A stretch of 64,000 nucleotides of DNA from Candidatus Nomurabacteria bacterium (GCA_023898625.1 CP060231.1:545890-609889); one strand, 5' to 3'. Shown: positions 54,091 through 64,000, counted from the first letter of the stretch. A program made the numbers and translations. Notes: generated by a model from the letters alone, not told the origin.

Positions 54091-54591
54091 ATGGCTAATT
54101 ACAAAGGTCACATATCAGGTGCAGTAATATGTTTGGCGTTGGTATTAGTTGTGCTGACCTTGTTGCCATTTACATGGCTAACAGGTGTGCAAGATATGCT
54201 TGCAAACTGGCAGTGGGTGTCGGGATTGTTTGTAACGGCAATCTTATTTGGATTGTGGCCGGATATTGATACAAATTCAAAAGCACAAGATATATTTTTT
54301 GGTTTTGCCTTTATTTTGAACGTTATACTTATTATATATGGAAGATTCGAGGTCTCGGCTTATCTTGGGTTAATAGCCATGACGCCAATTCTCGCAAAAC
54401 ACAGAGGTTGGACACACAAGAAGTGGGCTATGATTGTGGTGCCATTGCCAATTTTGATAGTTCCTTATTTGTATCAGCCAAATAAATTATTGATCGGCAT
54501 AGCTTTTTATCTATCGGCGGTAGTTGGCTATTTTAGTCATTTGTTGCTAGATGGATTAATTACAAAGCGTGTTCGCATAAAAGGTAATTAA
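54091..54591 (+). CDS. membrane-bound metal-dependent hydrolase (DUF457/YdjM-like)
   Basis: 4-5 TM segments. HRGWTHK and FSHLLLDG motifs. Confidence 0.7.
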   Translation: MANYKGHISGAVICLALVLVVLTLLPFTWLTGVQDMLANWQWVSGLFVTAILFGLWPDIDTNSKAQDIFFGFAFILNVILIIYGRFEVSAYLGLIAMTPILAKHRGWTHKKWAMIVVPLPILIVPYLYQPNKLLIGIAFYLSAVVGYFSHLLLDGLITKRVRIKGN

Positions 54592-55217
54592 TAGCAAAAT
54601 GTTGCCTTTGCCGACTTATAGTCAAGCCTAGCTTCTGTAGTTACGTAATCTAGTAAATTATTAGCAGGATGATCTAATCCTTTTGGTTCAAAAGCTGATC
54701 CGGTGGATGCAATAACATCACAATGTTTGCTCATACAGAACATTCCAAGTGGAATAGATAAATCTCTACCAAAAGTCCCACATTGTCGCTGAACAAAATC
54801 CCCTGTTTTAAGATGATCTGTAAAGGTTGAAAGATCAAACCAATCTAGTGCAAGATCAGTACCAGAATCATCATTAATTATGAGAGTGCTCAAATTGCCA
54901 TGCCCAATAGTTACTATATCGCTAAAGTGTTCATCTCGTAGCACGGTACTAAAATCAATATCGTTAGCATTCAGAATAACTTCAGATTGCTTTCCAACTT
55001 CATGAAGTCTATCGGCTATCGCAAAGGCTTCTTTGCGAAAGTTAGTGACATCCTTATGTCCGCGCTTGTAGGTACGCTCCCCAATAAGGTCAATAACTGC
55101 ATAGGAGCAGAATATAGCCACTTTGCCGATATGCTCAGGTACGCTCAATAGATCTTCTTCTTGAAGCAGATCCCACTTTTGTAGGCATTTTTTATACTTT
55201 TCTTTATCACTTGCCAT
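54588..55217 (-). CDS. hypothetical protein
   Basis: 209-aa ORF. Its 3' end overlaps the convergent DUF457 gene by 4 nt. No motif recognised. Confidence 0.55.
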   Translation of the reverse strand: MASDKEKYKKCLQKWDLLQEEDLLSVPEHIGKVAIFCSYAVIDLIGERTYKRGHKDVTNFRKEAFAIADRLHEVGKQSEVILNANDIDFSTVLRDEHFSDIVTIGHGNLSTLIINDDSGTDLALDWFDLSTFTDHLKTGDFVQRQCGTFGRDLSIPLGMFCMSKHCDVIASTGSAFEPKGLDHPANNLLDYVTTEARLDYKSAKATFCY

Positions 55218-55315
55218 AACAACCTGAATGAATAGTTTGGTTATATTAATATATCAGACAGGCTAAAATGTGTATATATCAGTAGTACGAATTAGTTGTA
55301 ATTAGAGGTCTTGAG

Positions 55316-56452
55316 CTATTTGTTAGCGCACGAACCCATGCACCGAGCAAATAACTGAGTTGTCCAAACAAATGTATTTGGTTTGGTTGGGTGTTTATAT
55401 GTGTATGCCCCAACTCCAACTCTTTGGAAGGCTGGATCAAGGATATTGTCTTTGTGGTGTGGACTATTCATGTAGGCATTAAATATTGTCATAGAGTCTC
55501 CACCGAATCCAACGTTTTCACCGAGTTTTGCCCACCAATTTGCGCCACATTCTTTTTCGACTGTTTGGGCTAATGGGCTGTGATATAGTCTGTCGACAGT
55601 CGCCATATTTAAAGACCAGGTACGTGCAGCTTTTGTTAAACATTCTGATTTGCTTAAAAGAGGTCGAGAGTTTTGCTGTCTGACATAATTTATTCTACTG
55701 AGTTGGTCATTTTCTGCATTAGTGTTTAGTGCCGGAGGTGGTGTCGTCAATGGTGCAGGGGTATCTGCAGCATATGTTTTAGGTGTGATTATTGACGAGA
55801 ACACGTTATTAAACAATGATGATCGTTTTTTTCGTTTTGGTAATGTTGCGGTATCGGGGATAAAAGCCGGTAAATCTTGACTTGGTATAGTTGTATTTGC
55901 TTTTTGACAAATTGAGTCAAGTAGTTGCTCTGTCCTGACCATGCTTTTTGAAGGATTTACGGCGTTTGTTTCTACGGGAGCTACAGTTGAGCTACTTGAT
56001 AGTTGTAATTGTTTAGAATTTCCAATACTAGATTTAATATCATCTTGTTTTGTGGTATCACTTGCTGGCTGTATTGCTTCTATTTGCTTTTCAGTGCTAA
56101 GTAGTTGGTCTTGAGTTAGTGTAATCATTTTGACTGGTCCATCATTCTCGGGGGTACAATAAACGGTGCCACTAACTGCCACGTCAATAGATTTACCTCT
56201 TGATTCGTATGATATTTTACCATTAGGATTTTTCGAAATAATTAATGGCTTTTCCTTAGTTAAGCTGATGGTTGTTTGCTCTACTGGCGTCTTTAAGGTG
56301 TAGTCACTCTTTTTAGAGTTTGCATATGAGCTAGTTACGGCCAGTAGACCAGCAATTGCAACAAAAACGATGACTAATAATTTAGATTGTTTTGATACCT
56401 TATTAACTAGAGTACTTTTTTTATTTTGTTTGTTTTTTATTTTTGACATCAT
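55316..56452 (-). CDS. secreted CAP/SCP (PR-1-like) domain protein
   Basis: N-terminal TM/signal. C-terminal ..YVRQQN..LNMATVDRLYHSP..GENVGFG..MNSPHHKDNILDPAFQRVGVG. Confidence 0.8.
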   Translation of the reverse strand: MMSKIKNKQNKKSTLVNKVSKQSKLLVIVFVAIAGLLAVTSSYANSKKSDYTLKTPVEQTTISLTKEKPLIISKNPNGKISYESRGKSIDVAVSGTVYCTPENDGPVKMITLTQDQLLSTEKQIEAIQPASDTTKQDDIKSSIGNSKQLQLSSSSTVAPVETNAVNPSKSMVRTEQLLDSICQKANTTIPSQDLPAFIPDTATLPKRKKRSSLFNNVFSSIITPKTYAADTPAPLTTPPPALNTNAENDQLSRINYVRQQNSRPLLSKSECLTKAARTWSLNMATVDRLYHSPLAQTVEKECGANWWAKLGENVGFGGDSMTIFNAYMNSPHHKDNILDPAFQRVGVGAYTYKHPTKPNTFVWTTQLFARCMGSCANK

Positions 56453-56532
56453 TGTATCCTTTTAATATTTGTATATTAGCATAGCCTTCAGATAAATCAA
56501 AAAAACCACATTATTTGTGGTTTGGTCTTGAT

Positions 56533-57087
56533 TGGTGGAGCTGGCGGGTACTGCCCCCGCGTCCGTTGGTTTATCTTGATTAGTCATCTACAGGCTTAGT
56601 CTGTTTAGTGATTATCTTTGTGGATCTGCCTGTAAACAGACAAAATAACAAATTCACGCAACCCATGAATATCTTAGCCTTTAGCTAGGGTAGAGCCAAA
56701 AACCCAGCCAGAAATATGACGTACATTGGTTTTATCTGACGTCAAACGATGTACGGCTGTAGAAATTAAGCTACAGCTGGTGCAAAGCTACGTGCAAACA
56801 AGTTTGCAACAGCAACCTTTGCTTCAGATACTTTATTTGCATCTAAAAAAATGTACCTATTAGAGACCGGCCACACAGTAAATTCTTATCTGTGATCCGA
56901 TTTTTATTGGTTGTAAATTATCCTTAAGTACTCAACGTAGCCTGGGTTACATTTTGTATTTTTCGATAACTTTCGCTTAATAATATCGAATCTTGATACA
57001 AGCTTTACTGTGCGACAGGCCTCACGCTGATAAGCGACCTGCTAATCTAACCGATAAAGTCCGACGTCGAGCTTAAAATTCAGCCCC
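56533..57087 (-). ncRNA. ssrA: tmRNA (SsrA), about 555 nt
   Basis: Minus strand. 5' GGGGCTGAATTTTAAGCTCGACGTCGG and 3' GGACGCGGGGGCAGTACCCGCCAGCTCCACCA. The acceptor stem includes a G3:U pair. Internal tag frame GCA AAT AAA..CCA GCT GTA GCT TAA, with the stop in the loop of GCTGTAG/CTACAGC. Confidence 0.8.
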
Positions 57088-57096
57088 GTAAACTAT

Positions 57097-57125
57097 ATTA
57101 TACTAATAAAGTATCAAATTTACAA
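57097..57125 (-). promoter_or_regulatory. promoter of tmRNA (TTGTAA - 17 nt - TATAAT)
   Basis: On the minus strand: TTGTAA (57125-57120), 17-nt spacer, TATAAT (57102-57097). The tmRNA 5' G lies 10 nt downstream. Confidence 0.5.
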
Positions 57126-57170
57126 GACGCTTGAGCTTTATTTGCTTACTACACCATATTTTCCCACTTT

Positions 57171-57189
57171 AGGAGGACAGTCCTCCTAA
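57171..57189. terminator. palindromic hairpin TAGGAGGAC-a-GTCCTCCTA downstream of the LRR gene
   Basis: Read directly. There is no clear U-tract on either strand. Confidence 0.35.
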
Positions 57190-57212
57190 ATATAGTTTGT
57201 CTTTATCTTATT

Positions 57213-58991
57213 TTACCTCACCCCCGTATTCGGACTCCCCACAGCTAACGTAGCTAAGCCTACAGGGTCTTTGATGATGCCAGTTGTTTTATCTAAGTCT
57301 AAGTCACCATTGTCAGTAATGGTATAGGTTAGTAGTAGAGCATGCTGGTTATTATGAGTAGTTTCAGTAATAGTAGCATTGTCTAATGTAGTATAGCCCT
57401 TAGTGCTAGGATCATACTTTTTAGCTATTACCTGATTTGGTTTTAAGTCGGTAACAAATAGTAACGACACTGTGTTGTCTGTAGTAGATGTACTAAAGCT
57501 AAAGTCTATTAAGCCTAATGGATAATTATAGCCAGAGTCTTGAACTGCTAGTGATGATTCTTTAACAGCCACAAAGTTAGATAGTGTAGTACTAGTCGGA
57601 AGATCTAGAACTACAGTCTTACTATCTTCTGCATTAGGTATAGAGTTACTACCCCCTGTTTTATAGGTATAGATAATCTCATTAGCTCCAGTAGTAGATA
57701 AGGCTAGAGTAGTAGGAGGAGTAGATACTAGACTATAGCCAGAGATATTAGGAGCAGAAGGCAAATCTACTGTATCTCCTACCTTGTAGTAAGCATTAAT
57801 ATCTTTAGAAGGATTATCCTTGAGTAGATAGTTAGTTAGTGTAGTACTAGAACCAGTGTCATAACCAGTGATAGTAGATGATGGCAATAAATCATTACCA
57901 GACCCATCCTGATACTTAACTACAGCACGGGAGGGGTTGATGAGAGTCATAAGAAGAATATCGCTAGTATCACCATTGCCATTAGAATCTGGCATGCCAA
58001 AGTCTGCCTCTGTCATTGCTAGATCAGCCAGTCCTAAAGTTGTAGCCTGGCTAGGGTTGATATAAACGCTACAAGTCTTAGTCCCATCTAACATAGCTTG
58101 AAAAACTGATGGGTAATACCCAGAATCCACAAAATCTTTATATGAAGGAGTTCCAGGGATGGTTTGGCCACCGATAGCCAAGATATTAATGGACACAACT
58201 GAGTTAGGTATATTGATTTCACTCAGATGATTATCATTAAAAGCGTAAATACCTATGGATGTTACTGAATTAGGGATAGTTATATTCGTAAGCTGATTGG
58301 TCATGAACGCATAATCGCCGATAGTAGTAACCGAGCTAGGAATAGTTACGCTAGTTAGTTGGTTCTCAGAAAAAGCAGAGTCGCCGATAGTAGTAACCGA
58401 GCTAGGAATAGTTACACTGCTAAGTTGATTGTTCTGGAATACATGGTTGCTAATCACCGATACAGTACTCGGTATAACAACATTAGTGAGCTCATTGTCA
58501 TAAAAAGCACTTTCGCCAATATTGGTAACACTGCCTAAATCTAGTGTGGATATCTTGTTGTCACGAAACGCTCCATTTCCAATGTTTGTAACACTTCCTG
58601 GTATAGTCACATTGGTGAGGTCTTTGTGTTCAAAAGCAGAATCTCCTATCACATTCACCGCTACACCACCAATAGCACTAGGTATATCTACAGCCTTAGG
58701 GCAAGCTGGGTCGCCTGGATTGTTGTTTTCGTGCTCGTAGTAACCTGTAATAGTATTAGTGCCGGCATTAAAGTCAAAACAACTATCCGGAGGAGTTATA
58801 GCATAGGCTTTATTAGCAGGTATTAAGGCTAATGTAGTAGATAAAGCTAACACTAAACCAATAGCTATTAATGATGCAGAAACAGAAGCAGGCTTTAGAT
58901 AAGCCATAAACTTATTAATACCCTCAATTGTTTTGTTATCTTTATAACAACCAAACATAAAAACACTAAACTTTTGCATTAACGACTTCAA
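57213..58991 (-). CDS. BspA-type leucine-rich-repeat surface protein
   Basis: Repeats of ..IPxSVTxIGdxAFxxNqLtxvtIP.. (LRR_5 type). N-terminal TM. Ends ..LAVGSPNTGVR directly at the stop. Confidence 0.8.
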   Translation of the reverse strand: MKSLMQKFSVFMFGCYKDNKTIEGINKFMAYLKPASVSASLIAIGLVLALSTTLALIPANKAYAITPPDSCFDFNAGTNTITGYYEHENNNPGDPACPKAVDIPSAIGGVAVNVIGDSAFEHKDLTNVTIPGSVTNIGNGAFRDNKISTLDLGSVTNIGESAFYDNELTNVVIPSTVSVISNHVFQNNQLSSVTIPSSVTTIGDSAFSENQLTSVTIPSSVTTIGDYAFMTNQLTNITIPNSVTSIGIYAFNDNHLSEINIPNSVVSINILAIGGQTIPGTPSYKDFVDSGYYPSVFQAMLDGTKTCSVYINPSQATTLGLADLAMTEADFGMPDSNGNGDTSDILLMTLINPSRAVVKYQDGSGNDLLPSSTITGYDTGSSTTLTNYLLKDNPSKDINAYYKVGDTVDLPSAPNISGYSLVSTPPTTLALSTTGANEIIYTYKTGGSNSIPNAEDSKTVVLDLPTSTTLSNFVAVKESSLAVQDSGYNYPLGLIDFSFSTSTTDNTVSLLFVTDLKPNQVIAKKYDPSTKGYTTLDNATITETTHNNQHALLLTYTITDNGDLDLDKTTGIIKDPVGLATLAVGSPNTGVR

Positions 58992-59152
58992 TTCCCATTC
59001 CTTCTTAAGTTACTACTATTTACAAGCATAAGAATAACATAAGATGTTAACCTTGTGCAATGGCGACAGAGCTTTTGGTATTGTTAAGCAACAGTCGCAG
59101 AAAATCATTTAAACTTGAAACACCGAATAATAGAGAATAAACTTGAACTAGT

Positions 59153-60421
59153 ATGATTCAAAAATCAAAACTGGTTGTAAGGTCTTTATTTGGGTCAACA
59201 CCCGTTGAGCTTAATGCTGGTGATGTTGATGAAGCCCGGCAGTATATAAAAAACTACTGGAAGAAGTTGGAACGATTTCACCCTAAAGATGATGAAACAT
59301 TGTTGGGTCTGCCAAGGCCATACTTAGTGCCAGCTTACGAAGAGGGTCATGCTTTTGACTTTAACGAGATGTATTATTGGGATAGCTACTTTATGGTGCA
59401 GGGGATGCTAAACTTAGAAAATCAAGCTTTGGTTGAAGGAATACTCGAGAATCTACTAAGCATGCAAAAAAGATTTAAGATAATTCCTAACGCCTCAAGA
59501 ACTTATCTAATGGGGCGTTCGCAACCACCTTTTTTAACAAGTTATATTTTAGATGTATATAATGCTTATAACCATAATCTCCGTTGGTTGAATGAACGTA
59601 TGGATTGCGCAAAGCAAGAATACGAAGTGGTTTGGATGGGCACAACCAAACCCAACGAACGTTTAGTTTACGGTGGCTTGAGCAGGTACTACGATATTAA
59701 TTATCTAAATGATCTAGCTGAAGCTGAAAGTGGCTGGGATATGACTCCTCGTTTTGGGCGCAAGGCGCTACATTATTTGCCGGTAGACCTCAATAGTTTG
59801 TTGTATAAGTACGAAACAGACTTTGCAATGGTGGCAAGACTAAATGGTGATAATCATGAGGCAAAAACCTGGGAAAAACGAGCACAGATCAGAAAAAATA
59901 CTATGGATAGCTTGATGTGGAGTGATCTTAAGGGGCTTTATTTTGACTATGATTTCAAGAAAGAAAAACGAGGTAGTGTGAGTTCGTTGGCTAGTTATTT
60001 CCCGTTGTGGGCAGGTATGGTAGACGATAAAAAAGCACTCAAGCTAGTAAGGTCGCTAAAGAAGTTTGAAGAAAAAGGCGGACTTGCAACAACAGATTCT
60101 CAAGTCGTACCAATTAACCAAATTATTCCAGGCACAATTCCAACACAATGGGCTCACCCAAATGGTTGGGCTCCATTGCAGTTAATTGTGATTCGTGGGC
60201 TTGAAAAATATGGATTTCATGATGAAGCAAAGCGAATTGCACTAAAATGGCTTAAAACTAATCTTGACTGGTTTAATAAGCATGGCGTTTTCCTTGAAAA
60301 ATACAATGTGGTTGATCCATCAAAGCCTCCAGCTAAAGGCGTCTATCCTAGTCAAACAGGATTTGGCTGGACAAATGCAGTTTTTGAACGATTATGCCAG
60401 GATTATATTGATGAAAAGTAA
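59153..60421 (+). CDS. alpha,alpha-trehalase (GH37)
   Basis: EMYYWDSYF, SRTYLMGRSQPPF, ESGWDMTPRF, QWAHPNGWAPLQ, all GH37 signatures. Confidence 0.85.
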   Translation: MIQKSKLVVRSLFGSTPVELNAGDVDEARQYIKNYWKKLERFHPKDDETLLGLPRPYLVPAYEEGHAFDFNEMYYWDSYFMVQGMLNLENQALVEGILENLLSMQKRFKIIPNASRTYLMGRSQPPFLTSYILDVYNAYNHNLRWLNERMDCAKQEYEVVWMGTTKPNERLVYGGLSRYYDINYLNDLAEAESGWDMTPRFGRKALHYLPVDLNSLLYKYETDFAMVARLNGDNHEAKTWEKRAQIRKNTMDSLMWSDLKGLYFDYDFKKEKRGSVSSLASYFPLWAGMVDDKKALKLVRSLKKFEEKGGLATTDSQVVPINQIIPGTIPTQWAHPNGWAPLQLIVIRGLEKYGFHDEAKRIALKWLKTNLDWFNKHGVFLEKYNVVDPSKPPAKGVYPSQTGFGWTNAVFERLCQDYIDEK

Positions 60422-60569
60422 GCTATCTTGTAAAGAAAAAGCAGTTTACATAACCCAATCAGAGGCAAATGCCTCGATTCTTTTAGCTGAGAAGAAGCAT
60501 GGTGTGAAGCTAAAAAGTTACCAATGTTTGCAATGTAATTTATGGCATCTTGCAAGTAAGTGGAATTAA
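60411..60569 (+). CDS. small CxxC protein (52 aa), hypothetical
   Basis: ATG at 60411, inside track ORF 60264..60569 (whose 5' part is an out-of-frame overlap with trehalase). MKSKLSCKEKAVYITQSEANA..YQCLQCNLWHLAS. Confidence 0.35.
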   Translation: MKSKLSCKEKAVYITQSEANASILLAEKKHGVKLKSYQCLQCNLWHLASKWN

Positions 60570-60587
60570 GATATAATACATCTTTCG

Positions 60588-61250
60588 ATGATTGAGCGTG
60601 CACGAATATTGGAACAGATGATAATTAATGAACCCGGAGTGATGGACGGTGAGGATGTTCATCATGAGCTGGCGGGTGGCGGACATGGACGCAAGCTAGC
60701 TTTGAAAGAGATACCGCAAGAGAGCGATACTTATAGATATTTAATCGAAACTGAAGCACAGACTATTAGTGAGTTATATGACCCACTACCAGATGTAATT
60801 ATCGGTATGGCAAATAGCGCAAATCGAATAGCCAGAGATACAGTAGGGGTACTAGAAGCAGATGTCGAGCTTATCGATACTGAAAAGAACCGTTTTGGTC
60901 ACGTTGTTCCAACATATGCCGGCAGGGTGTTGCTTCGAAGGCTAGGGCCAGAGTTCGCTTTAGTTATTGAAGATGTTGGAACTACCGGCAGAACAGTCGC
61001 GAAATTTATTGAAAAGCTAGAAATTAAATACTCGATTCCAAGGATAGAAGCCTTATTTACGTGGCAAAGACAACCAGAGCTGACCGTTTTAGACAGGAGA
61101 GGCATCGCACACAATTCTATTATTAACACCGAGCTTAAGACATATCGTAGCGAGAAAGAATGCAAGAATGACCCAGATGGATACTGCTATAATAATATAC
61201 AGTTACTTAAACGGAAAGCTAAGCATAAGCGTAATGAAGAGCCTAAATAA
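60588..61250 (+). CDS. phosphoribosyltransferase-domain protein
   Basis: PRPP-binding type motif FALVIEDVGTTGRT. Specificity not determinable by eye. Confidence 0.6.
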   Translation: MIERARILEQMIINEPGVMDGEDVHHELAGGGHGRKLALKEIPQESDTYRYLIETEAQTISELYDPLPDVIIGMANSANRIARDTVGVLEADVELIDTEKNRFGHVVPTYAGRVLLRRLGPEFALVIEDVGTTGRTVAKFIEKLEIKYSIPRIEALFTWQRQPELTVLDRRGIAHNSIINTELKTYRSEKECKNDPDGYCYNNIQLLKRKAKHKRNEEPK

Positions 61251-61407
61251 AAGTCGGTTACAGTATTTAATCATGCCCTAATGGGCGTAGAATACTCAAT
61301 TAATGATAAGATTAGTATAATTATTAATAACTTGCGGTGTGCAAATATCAAGAAATATAAAATGATGTTTTTGCGCATCGAATCAAGAATAATATTTCGA
61401 GGTAAAA

Positions 61408-62844
61408 ATGAACTACTACGTAACAACATCAATACCATACGTTAATGGTGAACCACATTTAGGCCATGCTCTAGAGTTTTTGTATGCAGATGTTTTGGCC
61501 AGGCACGCAAGACTCCAAAAAACTCCAACACTATTTGTCACTGGCACAGATGAACACGGGAGTAAAATAGCAGAGAAGGCTAACGATCTGGGCATTACTC
61601 CACAGCAGTTGGTAGACGAAAATAGCGCCAAGTTTCGTGAACTACAAAAAATGCTCAATATTAGCAATGATAGGTTTATTCGCACAACTGATGAAGGTCA
61701 TATTCAACGCGCACAGATAATTTGGAATGAACTAAAAGATGATATTTACAAAGGGAGCTACGAGGGGTGGTACTGTATCGGATGTGAAACATTTGTGCCA
61801 GATGCTAAGGTCAAAGAAAACAACAATATTTGTCCTGACCATAATCGACCTTACGAGCGACTTAAGGAGGATAATTATTTCTTTAATTTATCAAAATATG
61901 CTAATCAAATTCGTGAAGCAATTGTTTCTAAGGAGTTTCGTGTTACGCCTAAAACGAGGCGAAACGAAATATTGCATGTAATTAGCTCGGGGTTAGAAGA
62001 TATAAGTATTTCAAGACCAAAAGATAAGATTTCTTGGGGTATTCCTGTGCCAGGTGATGATAGTCAAGTTATGTATGTATGGTTTGAGGCACTCCTTAAC
62101 TACATTACGGCTTTGGGGTATCCTGAAAGCAAAGATTTTAAAGAATATTGGCCAGCGAACGTGCAAGTTATTGGTAAAGATATTATTCGGCATCACGGGG
62201 CCATGTGGCCTGGGATGTTGCTAGCGCTTGGTCTGCCCTTACCAAAGACTTTGTATGTACATGGTTTTATTAATGCAGAGGGTGGCGTCAAGATGAGCAA
62301 ATCTCTTGGTAATGTCGTTTCCCCAGCTGATATTTTGTCTAAATATGATCCAGATGTGTTTAGGTATTTCTTTATGAGACATATCCCAAGTTACGATGAC
62401 GGTGACTTTTCATGGACACGGCTTGACGAGGTTTATAATAGTGAGCTTGCCAACGAGCTTGGTAACGCCGTGCAACGCACTGCGTCTATGATAAATCGTT
62501 ACGAAGACGGAGTTCTTGGAGATATCCCAGAGACAGAACACGATATCGGCCAGTATCAGCAGTTCTTGAATGATTGTCGCTTCGACAAGGCATTAGAAGA
62601 TGTTTGGGAGCGTGTAAGGAGCTTGAATCAATATATTGAAGAACAAAAGCCTTGGGAAATAGCAAAAACTAAAGACAAACAGCAATTACGTAGTGTGTTA
62701 GCATACCAAGTTGCGTATCTATTACAAATCGCAGATTTGCTTGAGCCTTTTATGCCATCAACTGCAGTGAAGATTAGGCATGTTTTTGCTGAAGGTGTAA
62801 TAAGGCCAATCGAAGGTACTTTGTTCCCAAGAACCACGCAGTAA
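61408..62844 (+). CDS. metG: methionine--tRNA ligase (short form, no C-terminal tRNA-binding domain)
   Basis: YVNGEPHLGHALE (HIGH), WYCIGCETF, VKMSKSLGN (KMSKS). Confidence 0.9.
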   Translation: MNYYVTTSIPYVNGEPHLGHALEFLYADVLARHARLQKTPTLFVTGTDEHGSKIAEKANDLGITPQQLVDENSAKFRELQKMLNISNDRFIRTTDEGHIQRAQIIWNELKDDIYKGSYEGWYCIGCETFVPDAKVKENNNICPDHNRPYERLKEDNYFFNLSKYANQIREAIVSKEFRVTPKTRRNEILHVISSGLEDISISRPKDKISWGIPVPGDDSQVMYVWFEALLNYITALGYPESKDFKEYWPANVQVIGKDIIRHHGAMWPGMLLALGLPLPKTLYVHGFINAEGGVKMSKSLGNVVSPADILSKYDPDVFRYFFMRHIPSYDDGDFSWTRLDEVYNSELANELGNAVQRTASMINRYEDGVLGDIPETEHDIGQYQQFLNDCRFDKALEDVWERVRSLNQYIEEQKPWEIAKTKDKQQLRSVLAYQVAYLLQIADLLEPFMPSTAVKIRHVFAEGVIRPIEGTLFPRTTQ

Positions 62845-63139
62845 TATTTATTTCCCCCTTCCATTCCCCAACCATAACCAGTACAATATTACTCAGTACA
62901 TTAAGTAGTTGAGTGGTACCAACAAGTCATAGTTAGTAACAGACTTATATCAAATCCTGTATTTACCTATTCTACCTAAGTAAGGGTAGTATTAGTCACA
63001 TAGTATAGGCTAAGTATCAATAAGCTATACGACCACAAGTCTAAGATCTAAGTCACAAAACACCCTATCTCAACAACCAACAAATTAGTAATACCTAAAG
63101 TAACAACTAATTTAGATAAATACCAAATCATTCATTAAT

Positions 63140-64000
63140 ATGAAACTAAACCCCAAAGCCCTACTATCCAAACTACCACTACCTTTCTGGGCTTCCTTCT
63201 ATCTATTTCTCATCATACTTACCATACCAGTACTAGCTTATATAGGCACACTCAGTAAAGCAGATCCCGGAACCCTCACAGTAACCATCAATCAAAAAAC
63301 AGGTACAACAGACCCTAATCCTTCTTATACATCAGTATTCACTGTAGTATTCAATGAAGCCATAGACAGTAGCACTTTCACCAACACAGACATTACTCTA
63401 GGTGGTACCGCACCAGGACAACAAATCCAATCCATTACCGAAGCTGGAACCTTCAACAAAACCACCTATGAAGTCAGAATCCAAGCGACATCAGCTGGCA
63501 CTATCCAGCCTACCATCGCTCAAGAACTCGTCACTGCCCAAAACGGAGCCTCTGGCACTAATCAAGCTAGTACCAGCACCGACAATAGCGTAACCTACGA
63601 CGTTACATGGGCGCCGAATGAGTTTGTAACAACCTGGGATACGACGAAGCCAGATGATACAAGTTCGATAACTTTTCAGACAATGGGGGGAGGCTATAAC
63701 TATAGTGTTGATTGGGGTGATGGCAATACTAGTGTTGGGCAGGTTACTGATTCGTCACATACTTATGCAGTAGATGGAACATACACGGTTAAGATAACGG
63801 GTTCATTTCCACAATTTAACGTGTGGGGAGAGAAGAAGATAGTTGACGTCAAACAATGGGGTACAAACCAATGGACATCTATGTATCAGACATTTGCTAG
63901 TGCCGAAAATATACAAATTTCTGCTATTGATGCGCCAGATATGAGTAACGTAAATAACATGGGGTCAATGTTTAATTTTGCATGGAACTTCAATTCCAAT
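63140..64000 (+). CDS. surface protein, N-terminal part (runs off window end): TM, PKD-like segment, DUF285/BspA-type repeat start
   Basis: Not in the ORF track because it has no stop. ATG at 63140, then 287 codons open to 64000 (checked by hand). YSVDWGDGNTSVGQVTDSSHTYAVDGTYTVKITG is PKD-like. QWGTNQWTSMYQTFASAENIQ..MSNVNNMGSMFNFAWNFNSN is DUF285-like. Confidence 0.7.
   Translation, partial: MKLNPKALLSKLPLPFWASFYLFLIILTIPVLAYIGTLSKADPGTLTVTINQKTGTTDPNPSYTSVFTVVFNEAIDSSTFTNTDITLGGTAPGQQIQSITEAGTFNKTTYEVRIQATSAGTIQPTIAQELVTAQNGASGTNQASTSTDNSVTYDVTWAPNEFVTTWDTTKPDDTSSITFQTMGGGYNYSVDWGDGNTSVGQVTDSSHTYAVDGTYTVKITGSFPQFNVWGEKKIVDVKQWGTNQWTSMYQTFASAENIQISAIDAPDMSNVNNMGSMFNFAWNFNSN

Noticed and set aside
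60264-60410. 5' part of ORF 60264..60569 overlapping the trehalase gene
   Set aside because: It is an out-of-frame overlap with a well-supported GH37 gene. Only the portion from the ATG at 60411 is plausible as an independent small gene.

Overview
Low-GC bacterial sequence (by eye under about 40% GC). Its gene content looks like a reduced-genome CPR/Patescibacteria organism, possibly Saccharibacteria; that lineage call is inference only. Two housekeeping blocks flank a roughly 30 kb accessory region at 8.7-38.9 kb. The left block (1-8.7 kb) holds a sensor histidine kinase, a coiled-coil repeat protein and a 1622-aa giant repeat protein. The right block (39-64 kb) holds lnt-like, pyk-pgk-tpiA, pcrA, nudix, rsmA, marR-MFS, tmRNA, trehalase, metG and LRR/DUF285-type surface proteins. 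The accessory region contains: (1) two IS1595-family insertion sequences in inverted orientation, each with its own target-site duplication; (2) a sharply bounded high-GC two-gene cassette (membrane protein plus lipoprotein) that looks actinobacterial; (3) an LPXTG surface protein and tRNA-Glu; (4) two tandem, related serine-recombinase / replication-relaxation elements, each ending in a paralogous convergent HTH + small-protein cassette. Element 1 carries a complete diversity-generating retroelement, with a lectin-fold target VR, an RT and a TR showing 22 adenine-only mismatches, plus a split VirD4/TraD-like ATPase. Element 2 has a recombinase killed by one in-frame TAA and carries a small PLD nuclease. 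It also carries a four-gene translationally coupled operon: Fic, a NERD-PLD-SNF2 helicase, a 1163-aa N6-adenine methyltransferase, and a HEPN-motif protein. I could not match that operon to a named defence architecture from memory, and it is the best candidate for an undescribed system. All domain calls rest on motifs read by eye; no searches or computations were run.
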